From a virus (taxonomy: Duplodnaviria; Caudoviricetes), in the IMG/VR virus record IMGVR_UViG_3300025128_008224, positions 1 through 60,277 of that record: a DNA stretch of 60,277 nt. The stretch is one strand, 5' to 3'. The notes beneath the pieces were generated by a model. It did not search any database, was not told where the DNA came from, and saw nothing but the letters and a program-made list of their open reading frames with translations. A program made the position numbers and the translations under genes. Shown here piece by piece: positions 49,437 to 57,642 of the stretch; positions within the stretch are counted from its first letter, which is position 1, and each line of letters begins with the position of its first letter.

Positions 49437-49898
49437 CTATTCGTGGTACTCGTCAATCGAATTAAACACAAACGGCCAATTCACAACACAAGTCCCTGGT
49501 GTCGAAGGTGCCTCAAACCCAATATTTTGAAGCGTGCGAACAACACATTGCTCGACCGCGGTATTGTTCAAGGTTGAACCAGTGACCTTAGCGGATGAAA
49601 CCTTTCCACCAGTTGAAATGGTGAACTGTGTGTCAATTCGACCTGCAAGATTCGGATTTTCAACTAGCTGCTTCTCATAGCAGACCTGAAGCTCCAAGCT
49701 AACAGAATTCACCTTGGAACGAATGTCGCTCTGTGAACAACGAAGGGGTGATAAGGTGGCATCTGCATCCGGAGTAACAGACGTGGTTGTCTTTGTGTTA
49801 TCAGCAGTTGCTGACGAATCCGTGGTGTTTGATGCCGTGCTATTACAGCCCATGGCAATAAGTGAAATAATAAAAATATTTGCAATAATGTTCTTCAT
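49437..49898 (-). CDS. Lipoprotein with AgmX/PglI-type (TonB-C-like) C-terminal domain
   Basis: Lipobox LIAMGC, T/S-rich linker, then LQVCYEKQLVENPNLAGRIDTQFTISTGGKV...STLNNTAVEQCV...F..P...VNWPFVF. Confidence 0.8.
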   Translation of the reverse strand: MKNIIANIFIISLIAMGCNSTASNTTDSSATADNTKTTTSVTPDADATLSPLRCSQSDIRSKVNSVSLELQVCYEKQLVENPNLAGRIDTQFTISTGGKVSSAKVTGSTLNNTAVEQCVVRTLQNIGFEAPSTPGTCVVNWPFVFNSIDEYHE

Positions 49899-49997
49899 TT
49901 TCTTCTCCTTTCTTTGTTTTGTTTTGATAAAAAACGATGCAATTTGTAAACAACTAATCTATTATATAAACCCTCCAATGTTAAGCTTTATTTTTAG

Positions 49998-50080
49998 TGC
50001 CTCCTCCCGGAGTCGAACCGGGATGCCTGGAAGGCAACAGATTTTAAGTCTGTCGTGTCTACCTATTCCACCAAGGAGGC
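49998..50080 (-). tRNA. tRNA-Leu (anticodon TAA)
   Basis: GCCTCCT/AGGAGGC acceptor; loop CT-TAA-AA; long variable arm; T-loop TTCGACT. CCA not encoded (CTA follows). Confidence 0.95.
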
Positions 50081-50083
50081 TAA

Positions 50084-50461
50084 TTAGACGTTGAGATTGT
50101 ATGGGTTGGCGTCTCTTCTTCTCCATATGATTAATCCAAGTATCGTCTCCACTCTAGATAAGTAATCCGAACAACGAGCTACTGTGTTATCTGAGCTTCT
50201 ATTACCATTATGAATCAAATCGTTGCAAAAGTCAACAACTTTTTTCCTTATTTCTGCATTTGTTAGTTCTGTTTTTCTTGTGGAGGGATATGTGCTTCTT
50301 TTAACTCTAACAATTCCTTCTTCCTTTGTTAGCAGCTTTATGAACAGAGTTCTGTCGGTGTTATTATAATCAACATGAATAACCATCCAGTTAGGATCAC
50401 ATATGAATCTCATCGGGAAACGTCTTTGCTTCGTTTTTCCTCTTCCTCGATAAGATGGCAT
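50084..50461 (-). CDS. Hypothetical basic protein (125 aa)
   Basis: AGGAG RBS upstream; lies between two tRNAs. Confidence 0.6.
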   Translation of the reverse strand: MPSYRGRGKTKQRRFPMRFICDPNWMVIHVDYNNTDRTLFIKLLTKEEGIVRVKRSTYPSTRKTELTNAEIRKKVVDFCNDLIHNGNRSSDNTVARCSDYLSRVETILGLIIWRRRDANPYNLNV

Positions 50462-50529
50462 GCATTGGGTCTCCTATATTATAATTAATTTCTCACTAGC
50501 TATTTTTCAAAAGAAAAAGAAAAAAGATA

Positions 50530-50606
<77 letters not shown>

Positions 50607-50611
50607 GTTTT

Positions 50612-50812
50612 TTAAAGATATTGCCATCTAGAGATCTTGCCCAATTCTTTGATGGCATGAACTCTGTATTTACCGGGGTTTGATTTATTCTGTACAACGT
50701 AGGCATGGGATGCCGCTTCGGCAAAGCTAAGTTTGAAGACACTTACTGTTTTCAGATCTCCAGTATCATTATTTACTAGGTCGATTTGATATCTACGAGA
50801 GTTACTGTTCAT
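50612..50812 (-). CDS. Hypothetical protein (66 aa)
   Basis: Overlap-coupled to the upstream ORF. Confidence 0.55.
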   Translation of the reverse strand: MNSNSRRYQIDLVNNDTGDLKTVSVFKLSFAEAASHAYVVQNKSNPGKYRVHAIKELGKISRWQYL

Positions 50813-51062
50813 TCTTCTTACCTTTCTTTTTACCTTTCTTCGCCTTCGGGGGGGCTAAGGCGGGGTTGGGGCGACCCTTTACTGCGAAGCAATCTGAATA
50901 ACAGCGCACTTTAACTTGCTTATCGGGGTTTTCAGAAATGTGATTGTTACGAAATTGATCTGCCTCTTCAAACGAAGCAAACTTTTTGATGATCTTCCAA
51001 GGGGGGCCTGCGGGGATGACCACTTTCTCTTCATTATTTTGATTTTCCAACTTATCCTCCAA
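50802..51062 (-). CDS. Hypothetical protein with lysine-rich tail (86 aa)
   Basis: ORF between the tubulin gene and 50612..50812; start uncertain. Confidence 0.55.
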   Translation of the reverse strand: MEDKLENQNNEEKVVIPAGPPWKIIKKFASFEEADQFRNNHISENPDKQVKVRCYSDCFAVKGRPNPALAPPKAKKGKKKGKKNEQ

Positions 51063-51089
51063 TGAATATAGTAATACTATACATTCATT

Positions 51090-52244
51090 TTAGCGGATAG
51101 TCAAGAACTTTTTCAACTCTTCTAGTCTTTTCTGAGGAGGTTCGAGACCTCCGACAACTGTGTAAGCTACGAGTTTGTCTTTACCTGAGTCTTCGTAAAT
51201 TCCTCTATGGATGATTGCACCACCTGTCAAGGCAGCGAGGGTATCAAATCCATACTCAATGGAGTCCATGAGGCCGGGGATCTCTTCGTACTGCTTTGTT
51301 CCGCCGACAACGATGCTGGCAGCACCAGTAGCTGTAGTTAGATCAAAGCCACTAGCCAAAAGAGTCTTTCCTAGGTTTCTCTTGAGCGCAGATGAAATTG
51401 AAGTTTCGTCTTCGATGTTCTTTACAGATGTAGCTCCGAAGATCATACACCCCTTTGATTTCATTATAGTATTATAATCGGCTGGATCGAAGGCAGTGTA
51501 GTTTGAGTTCTTTGTCGATAAAAGATTGAAGACGTGAAAGAGGCCGGCGACTGTGCTGTTCAGAGTGGGCCAAAACTGCTTGACAGTAAGCTGTGGATAT
51601 AGCTTTCTGATTTTGTCGTTATCGACGATGATGAGGGGGGCATAATCCCCATTCTCAGCAGCTACACATAATTCTGTGATTCTATTATAGGCATTTTTGG
51701 CGACAACCGGAGATGCGACTTCGCCAGTTGTGGGAAGTGAAGCAACAACGCCCACTCGCTCGCTAGCGTCATCTTTACCAACATAAGTGAAATAGCGCTT
51801 TGCTGTGTCAATTAACGTCTGTACAGAGCCGCCTCCGGTTCCGCCGGCTACTCCAACACAAACAAGGATTCTATCAATGTTCTCTCCAAAGATTTGACGC
51901 ATCTTGTTGAATATTTCAGGATTCTGTGCTTCATATGCTTGTCTAGCTCTCTCTTGATTTTTGCCTGCTCCATCCTCGCCAAAGTGATTTACGAAGAACT
52001 TATGTTCTTCTGGCAATTCAAGTAGAGCCAAATCGGACTTTGCTGTGTTAAATGCAATTGTTTTCTTATATCCCAAGTCGTAGAAGGCCTTTGCAATTCT
52101 ACCTCCGCCCTGGCCTGAACCGATAATGGCATAAGTAAGTGCTCCACCGCTTTCATCCTCAACGGAATCCTTCTTTTCGTTATCAATGGCATCCGGATCG
52201 AAATCCTCAATATCCAAAGTTGGTATGTTTAGGTCAATTGACAT
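51090..52244 (-). CDS. Tubulin/FtsZ-family GTPase (PhuZ/TubZ-like)
   Basis: IIGSGQGGGRIA (T1), FNTA..DL, GAGKN (T3), VAGGTGGG (T4 signature variant), VDND, FDPADY (T7-like). AGGAG RBS. Confidence 0.9.
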   Translation of the reverse strand: MSIDLNIPTLDIEDFDPDAIDNEKKDSVEDESGGALTYAIIGSGQGGGRIAKAFYDLGYKKTIAFNTAKSDLALLELPEEHKFFVNHFGEDGAGKNQERARQAYEAQNPEIFNKMRQIFGENIDRILVCVGVAGGTGGGSVQTLIDTAKRYFTYVGKDDASERVGVVASLPTTGEVASPVVAKNAYNRITELCVAAENGDYAPLIIVDNDKIRKLYPQLTVKQFWPTLNSTVAGLFHVFNLLSTKNSNYTAFDPADYNTIMKSKGCMIFGATSVKNIEDETSISSALKRNLGKTLLASGFDLTTATGAASIVVGGTKQYEEIPGLMDSIEYGFDTLAALTGGAIIHRGIYEDSGKDKLVAYTVVGGLEPPQKRLEELKKFLTIR

Positions 52245-52276
52245 CTTATTCTCCTGTTTTATGCGTTAAAAGTCAC

Positions 52277-52285
52277 TATAAGTAG
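52277..52285 (-). promoter_or_regulatory. Candidate late-promoter motif CTACTTATA upstream of the tubulin gene
   Basis: One-mismatch copy of CTATTTATA in the intergenic gap. Confidence 0.4.
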
Positions 52286-52296
52286 TATGTTTTCAA

Positions 52297-52608
52297 TCAT
52301 TCGTCATCGTCGTCATCATTTTCGCCGGTATACCATGCACACTGTTCTGGGCGTTCGACGAGTAATCCAAGATTCCAACGTGGGTTAACTTCTTTTTGAA
52401 TTCTTTTGGCAATATGCTTCACAATCTCGTGTGTAACTCTAACTTTTGTATTTCTATTTTCTTTAAGGAATATAGTTTTAACATCTGGGGAATAGTGGTG
52501 GTATTGTACGTCGATATCCTCTTCCATATAAAGTTTGTCGCACTCTTCCTTACAAATCTTTTTTACCTTTTTTAACATTTGCTTAATCTCGGTTTTCTTA
52601 TTAGCCAT
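52297..52608 (-). CDS. Hypothetical protein (103 aa)
   Basis: Intact ORF in the minus-strand run. Confidence 0.6.
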   Translation of the reverse strand: MANKKTEIKQMLKKVKKICKEECDKLYMEEDIDVQYHHYSPDVKTIFLKENRNTKVRVTHEIVKHIAKRIQKEVNPRWNLGLLVERPEQCAWYTGENDDDDDE

Positions 52609-52617
52609 CGTTTTCCA

Positions 52618-53088
52618 TCACTTTGAGTGTTTATCAGCAATTGATGCTGCGGCGAAAGCGTATGGTTTTATCTTACATTCGAAGCCCGAGCCTTTTATAT
52701 ACCCAACCAACATTTTAGCCAAATGACTGGTTCCTTCTTCTTTTTCTGTGTTACTTATGTCCAAATGTAGTTCCAACTTTGCCCAGGAGCATTTGTCGAC
52801 AACCTTACGAGCTATGCCTATGGTTATCTCGGCTTCCTTTAACATTCTAACAGAAAGGCTGGGGAATTGTTTCTTGGAAATTTTGATTTTTTTAAAGAAA
52901 TACCTGCCGCCGGGCTGGTTATCTGCTCCATACAGACATATGGCCGTGGAGAGTACACAATCTTGTTTTTTAAAAAAGGAATCGCTGCCAATATATACCG
53001 TGCCGTTGATGAAGGAGTGTTCTTTAATTTGGTATATAATATCATCAAATTCTACTTCATCGCCGGCGCCGGTAAACCATTGAACCAT
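52618..53088 (-). CDS. RNase H-like YkuK (DUF458) family protein
   Basis: VYIGSDS, RMLKEA, LELHLDI, IKPYAFAAASIADKHSK. Confidence 0.85.
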   Translation of the reverse strand: MVQWFTGAGDEVEFDDIIYQIKEHSFINGTVYIGSDSFFKKQDCVLSTAICLYGADNQPGGRYFFKKIKISKKQFPSLSVRMLKEAEITIGIARKVVDKCSWAKLELHLDISNTEKEEGTSHLAKMLVGYIKGSGFECKIKPYAFAAASIADKHSK

Positions 53089-53092
53089 ACAG

Positions 53093-53101
53093 TATAAATA
53101 G
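53093..53101 (-). promoter_or_regulatory. Candidate late-promoter motif CTATTTATA, 4 nt before the YkuK-like start
   Basis: Exact copy of the motif. There is no room for an RBS, so a transcript from it would be leaderless. Confidence 0.45.
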
Positions 53102-53107
53102 TTTCAA

Positions 53108-53743
53108 CTAGTAAATGATTTCATCAACGAGACCATATTTAAGGCAAGTTTCTGCATCCCACCATAGGTCGTGTTTTAGAATCTCATTGAGTTTTTTAGC
53201 CGGGATTTTTGTACGCTCTTCGTAGATTTCTCTAATGCGCTTCATTAGAATCTCGCTATTCTTCATATCATCTTTTAACTCTTCGTATTTCCCCCACATA
53301 CCAGAAGAAAGCTGGTGGATTAACATATAAGCGTTTTTATTGATTTTTCTGTGGGCGCCCACGACGCTCATGATTGTCGCAGCAGAAGCAGCACAGCCAT
53401 CGATGATCGTGGTGATTGGAACCTTTGACTGAAGAATATAATCAACAGAAGAAAACCCTGCGAAAACGCTCCCCCCATATGAATTGATATGAAGGTTGAT
53501 CGGAATGCAGGGTTCAATGTTTAACGAATTTGAAATATTTGAATATTTGTTGGCAGCTTCTATAATCTTCTTGTTCAGAGTAAGATTGTTGGTCCTCTTG
53601 ACTTCTGCATAAAAGTAGATATCGTTGTTATAAACTTCTATTCTATCCTTTGAGTCGCTCCCTGCGTTGGCTTCATAATCATCATCGTCTTTCTTTTTAT
53701 CTTTTTTCTTGGCTTTCGAATACCAGATATCTATATCACTCAT
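53108..53743 (-). CDS. clpP: ClpP-like (S14) protease
   Basis: LHINSYGGSV, AASAAT (Ser), MLIHQ (His), HDLWW (Asp), YGLVDEI. Confidence 0.88.
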   Translation of the reverse strand: MSDIDIWYSKAKKKDKKKDDDDYEANAGSDSKDRIEVYNNDIYFYAEVKRTNNLTLNKKIIEAANKYSNISNSLNIEPCIPINLHINSYGGSVFAGFSSVDYILQSKVPITTIIDGCAASAATIMSVVGAHRKINKNAYMLIHQLSSGMWGKYEELKDDMKNSEILMKRIREIYEERTKIPAKKLNEILKHDLWWDAETCLKYGLVDEIIY

Positions 53744-54179
53744 CTATACTTCCTCGACTATCTTCCACTAATGTGCTGGAACTCTGGATTTTGATTCCTC
53801 CAACGCCCCAGACCAATTCAATATTTGTTTCTTCGGCTGTATATAATTCTGGTATATTATCCAGATTACGATCACCTCCGTTTCCAAATGCTATCTTTTC
53901 ATTTGGCCATTCGCTTCGGGCCCAATTCAAAAGTCCGCATGCGCTTCCGTCGCTATCATCAAAGTCAGTAGCTATGGATACCCCAGCTAACGACTCAACC
54001 ATTTCTTTGCGCTCTTCAAATGGCATGAAAATATAACCTTTCTTTCTCATCAGCCAGGCATCAGAATTGACGCCAATTACCAGCTTTTTCCCCAGGGTTG
54101 CCCCGTTGCGTATCATTCTAGCATGACCCACATGAAGAGGGTCGAATCCTCCACTTAAAAGCACTATATCATAAGACAT
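53736..54179 (-). CDS. Cytidylyltransferase-like nucleotidyltransferase (TagD/RfaE-II/RibL family)
   Basis: SGGFDPLHVGH (HxGH), GVNSD, RKKG, NGGDR, KIQSSS. Confidence 0.88.
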   Translation of the reverse strand: MSYDIVLLSGGFDPLHVGHARMIRNGATLGKKLVIGVNSDAWLMRKKGYIFMPFEERKEMVESLAGVSIATDFDDSDGSACGLLNWARSEWPNEKIAFGNGGDRNLDNIPELYTAEETNIELVWGVGGIKIQSSSTLVEDSRGSIDE

Positions 54180-54188
54180 GACTTACCC

Positions 54189-54314
54189 CTACAACCATGG
54201 AAGAAACCAGTCTGCTACGGAATAAATTGTAATATACAGCACTGTTTCTTTTCTAGTTGAACTTTGATTCCATTCGTAATTTGTTAACTTGTTCCAAGTA
54301 TCTTTTAATGACAT
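54189..54314 (-). CDS. Small hypothetical protein (41 aa), not in the ORF track
   Basis: MSLKDTWNKLTNYEWNQSSTRKETVLYITIYSVADWFLPWL with a GAGG RBS; fills the gap before the cytidylyltransferase. Confidence 0.5.
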   Translation of the reverse strand: MSLKDTWNKLTNYEWNQSSTRKETVLYITIYSVADWFLPWL

Positions 54315-54375
54315 TTTATCCTCATCTCTCTATAGACTATAGTCTACGGAGGTGAAACTTTTAAGCTTTATTTTA

Positions 54376-54582
54376 TCATTGATTGGTTTCTAATTTTTTG
54401 ATTCTTTTCGCCAAGTTCTGGATTTTCTTTTTCAATTGGTTAACCGGCTCGGAAGAATTACACTGAGCTATTTCTGACTCAAGAGAATCCAGTCTCAACT
54501 GAGTTGTGTAGTAAAAACCGCCTAGAGTTGTGGCGAATATTAAAAGCGTGATAAGCAACTTTATGTCTATTTTGAAATCCAT
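54376..54582 (-). CDS. Small membrane-anchored coiled-coil protein (68 aa)
   Basis: Hydrophobic LLITLLIFATTLGGFYY followed by a heptad-like segment. Confidence 0.65.
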   Translation of the reverse strand: MDFKIDIKLLITLLIFATTLGGFYYTTQLRLDSLESEIAQCNSSEPVNQLKKKIQNLAKRIKKLETNQ

Positions 54583-54592
54583 AATATATCTC

Positions 54593-55948
54593 TTAGTTTA
54601 TAAACTGAGCCCATCTCCTGTATGTTTCATTCAGGGCGGGTTCGGTGGGTATTGGAAGCTTTTCAAGCTCTCTTGCCTTTTGTAATTCTTGGTATGCTTT
54701 CTGATGTTCTCGTCCAAACTTATAATCTGTACCATGACTTGGAAGCATTGCAGCCGCTCCGCCCTGGTCGGCAAACTGCACGTCAAGATCGCCATAGAAC
54801 TTATCAAAGTCAAAATCAGGTAGCTCTTCTATGTCATGTACAAACCTTCCGGATCTGGTTTTGATCGGTGCAGGTGTCGGGAGAGGCTCCTCTGGTCTCT
54901 CAAAGCGTGGGGAGGCGATCTCTGGTTCGCTCGGCCTTCGCGTTGCTATCTCAGGCCTGTTGCTGGGCTCAGGCGGAGCTTGTGGTGGCGCCGGCTTTGG
55001 CAACTCTATTTCCGGCTTTGGTGCGGTAGCCACAGGAGAGGGTGTGTCCGTAGTAGGCGGAGTGGGCGCAGGGGGTTTATCTGGTACTTTTGTTTGCAAA
55101 GGTGTTTGAAATTGTTCCGGCTTAATATTGTCCTTGATGGCGCCCAGGGTCAAATCTTGTATTTTTGATCTCATTTTGCCGAGATCTCTGTCGGACTGGT
55201 CGGTATACAGTGACAAAACATATTTGTCGTTGATTACAACAGAATAGTTCAAAGTGCCTTTGTAATAGCCACCCTTACCATACATTGATTTAATAGAATC
55301 TTTACCATATCCTGCTTTTTCCAACTGCTTATTCAAGCGATCTTTCAACCCTTTAGCGCCGGTTCCACCTTGCCTCTTCTGGATATAAGACAAGACTTCA
55401 CTGGCCTCGTTGTGATATTCTGAATCTGGATCATTCTTCATGTTGACAAGAAGCGACATGAACTTGTTATAACCTTGTGGAGTTTGCTGATTGTATCTAC
55501 TTCCCCAGTGCACCCCTCCGATGGAATCTCCTAAGCCAAGCTTATTTAACACTTCTTTTGCCTGGTCTCTGCTAACTCCATATTGCTTGCTGTATTTTTT
55601 GTAATATCCTTGATTTTTGGGGTCTTTTCCTGGAACACTGGACATATCGCTCAAGGCTCTATTAACCCTGTTCGAACTTGAGGAGCCTCCGGCATAGCTT
55701 ATAAGCTTATCCAACTCTTCCGGGGACAGTCGACGAATCTTTTCACCTGTTCTATTGTGAAGGGCGCCTTCTTTTGCTAGTACAAGATTGATGAAAGCCA
55801 GAACCGGCTTGTTCATCGATGCGCCGTACATGGATTTGTTCTGGTCGATGCCAGCGATTGGATCTTTACCAATCTCTCCAATAGAATAGCCATGCTTAAG
55901 CTTGGCTTCGTTTAAAAACTCTTCCCAATTTTCTAATAACAGTTTCAT
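54593..55948 (-). CDS. MKL-leader protein with serine beta-lactamase/PBP-like domain and Pro-rich linker
   Basis: Likely start MKLLLENWEEFLNE at 55948 (ATGA overlap). Motifs ASMNK (SxxK), SSN (SxN) and GKGG (KTG-like) in the correct order. P/T/E-rich segment; C-terminal LNETYRRWAQFIN. Confidence 0.65.
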   Translation of the reverse strand: MKLLLENWEEFLNEAKLKHGYSIGEIGKDPIAGIDQNKSMYGASMNKPVLAFINLVLAKEGALHNRTGEKIRRLSPEELDKLISYAGGSSSSNRVNRALSDMSSVPGKDPKNQGYYKKYSKQYGVSRDQAKEVLNKLGLGDSIGGVHWGSRYNQQTPQGYNKFMSLLVNMKNDPDSEYHNEASEVLSYIQKRQGGTGAKGLKDRLNKQLEKAGYGKDSIKSMYGKGGYYKGTLNYSVVINDKYVLSLYTDQSDRDLGKMRSKIQDLTLGAIKDNIKPEQFQTPLQTKVPDKPPAPTPPTTDTPSPVATAPKPEIELPKPAPPQAPPEPSNRPEIATRRPSEPEIASPRFERPEEPLPTPAPIKTRSGRFVHDIEELPDFDFDKFYGDLDVQFADQGGAAAMLPSHGTDYKFGREHQKAYQELQKARELEKLPIPTEPALNETYRRWAQFIN

Positions 55949-57621
55949 TTTATAAGTTGAGCCCATCTTTTATACGATTCTTGTAAAGCCAATTCGCCTT
56001 GTTTTTCGATTTCTTCTGGATCTTGCCAATATTTAGCCTCGTGACCTTCCTGTGCTACCAAACCAACATCTATTAGAGCCTTTGATATTGCAGAATATCC
56101 TTTGGTACCGAAACTTTCATCAATACGAAGCATTTCATTGAGAAATACTCTAAGCTCATCTAGATCTTCAATATGGCTATAATCAACAACACCCTTGAAA
56201 TAGGGGCCTCCGCCGCGAACATCGTCAGGAACAGACTCTAGATCATATATATTCATTCCGGTGGGGGCGATTGCGTCTCGAATGATGGCGTTGATTTGTT
56301 TGAGTGTTTCCGGTTCTTCCCATGGCACAGTCCATTCCATGGTTTTTCTATGTCTTGCAAGGATTATGGGCAAATTAATCCAAATATAAGAGTTGAGTTC
56401 GATGTGACTTTCACCAGTTTCGTCGGGAAACTTCAATTCGAATTCCAAGTGTTCTACCTGATCTTGATAGCGCTCCATCATTTCTATGTAAGGTTCTTTG
56501 CCAATTGAAGGGTTTTCTTGTGCATCTTCTTGCGCTACGTCGATTATATACCTTAATGTACTCATGGCCCTTGTTTCGATGGCCTCTACACTTTCTTCAC
56601 GCTGTTGGTCAATTGTATCGTAATCTTCTGGTTCTGAGTTTATTTCAATGTCGGTATTATAATCAGCACCCAACTCTTTTACGGCTGCAGCGAATTCCAT
56701 TACGTCTTCTTTTGAAACGTCTTCACGACTTACCATATGGCCGCCCGTAATATGCTGATACCAAAGGAGGGCACCTTGAGTTACTTTTTGATTGAGAAGG
56801 TTCTGTACTATTGCTTGAGTTGTTTCATCAAAATCCATCGGCTCATCCCAAGCATTCCATGCGCGATTGAATGCTCCACCTGGCTCCATTTCAAGGGCAA
56901 TCTTCTTATATTTGTTATCATTGGAAAGGTTGGCTAGAAACACAAAATAGAACGTTTTGCCTTCTGCAGAGTACTCATCAAAATAGTTTGAAGATTCAGA
57001 TGCTGAGATACACCATTTTGTTCCTTTGCCATAATAACAAGAAGCTTCAGTGGTCTCTGGTCTGATCATAATATAGTCATCGTTTTCGTCGACTATTCTG
57101 GAACCTTCTTTTGCTTTTATTTTCTCTTGTTGTTTTCTGTCCTTCGCTGACTCAACAGATGCCTGCTTTGTAACTGCTGCGTTGACAGTTGAATTTAGTT
57201 CACCAAAATCTTTAATTCTATTAATGTCTCGTTGTTCTGGTTCAACATACTTCTGGAGAAGATGAAATGTTTCCAACTGTCCTGCAATATTGCTGGCGAT
57301 GCCCCAAGGAGATATGAGCTTGTCTATTTTTTCTGGCTCAATCTCTTCATCTTCTGGCCACTGCTTTCCCCAAAAAGGTTCTTTGCCTCTTTTAATGTGA
57401 CCATCAATAGTATTTTTCAAAATCCTAGCTGCGCCCATGAGATATTTTTGGTTTTCAGAAGGATCTCTTTGAACAAGAACATCAAGAAGACTTTCGCCAT
57501 CCAATTCTTCTCTTTTCTTAGCTAATTCAGGGAACTTTCTTTCAGCGTCTTGAATGCGGCCTTCAATGAGAAGTTGAGATTCTGTTAAGTATTTCCGCCA
57601 ATTTTCAAGTATGAGTTTCAT
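55945..57621 (-). CDS. MKL-leader hypothetical protein (558 aa)
   Basis: MKLILENWRKYLTE; central ASCYYGKGTKWCIS motif; C-terminal LQESYKRWAQLIK. Confidence 0.75.
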   Translation of the reverse strand: MKLILENWRKYLTESQLLIEGRIQDAERKFPELAKKREELDGESLLDVLVQRDPSENQKYLMGAARILKNTIDGHIKRGKEPFWGKQWPEDEEIEPEKIDKLISPWGIASNIAGQLETFHLLQKYVEPEQRDINRIKDFGELNSTVNAAVTKQASVESAKDRKQQEKIKAKEGSRIVDENDDYIMIRPETTEASCYYGKGTKWCISASESSNYFDEYSAEGKTFYFVFLANLSNDNKYKKIALEMEPGGAFNRAWNAWDEPMDFDETTQAIVQNLLNQKVTQGALLWYQHITGGHMVSREDVSKEDVMEFAAAVKELGADYNTDIEINSEPEDYDTIDQQREESVEAIETRAMSTLRYIIDVAQEDAQENPSIGKEPYIEMMERYQDQVEHLEFELKFPDETGESHIELNSYIWINLPIILARHRKTMEWTVPWEEPETLKQINAIIRDAIAPTGMNIYDLESVPDDVRGGGPYFKGVVDYSHIEDLDELRVFLNEMLRIDESFGTKGYSAISKALIDVGLVAQEGHEAKYWQDPEEIEKQGELALQESYKRWAQLIK

Positions 57622-57642
57622 TCTGTTCCTCTGCTATGGATT

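Noticed and set aside
51090-52244. Evidence for a nucleus-forming phage
   Set aside because: Tubulin alone is insufficient, and no chimallin or multisubunit phage RNA polymerase is recognisable in this window.
54593-55948. Antibiotic-resistance beta-lactamase
   Set aside because: Highly divergent, with no signal peptide and no recognisable class A omega-loop motif. Fold-level similarity only.
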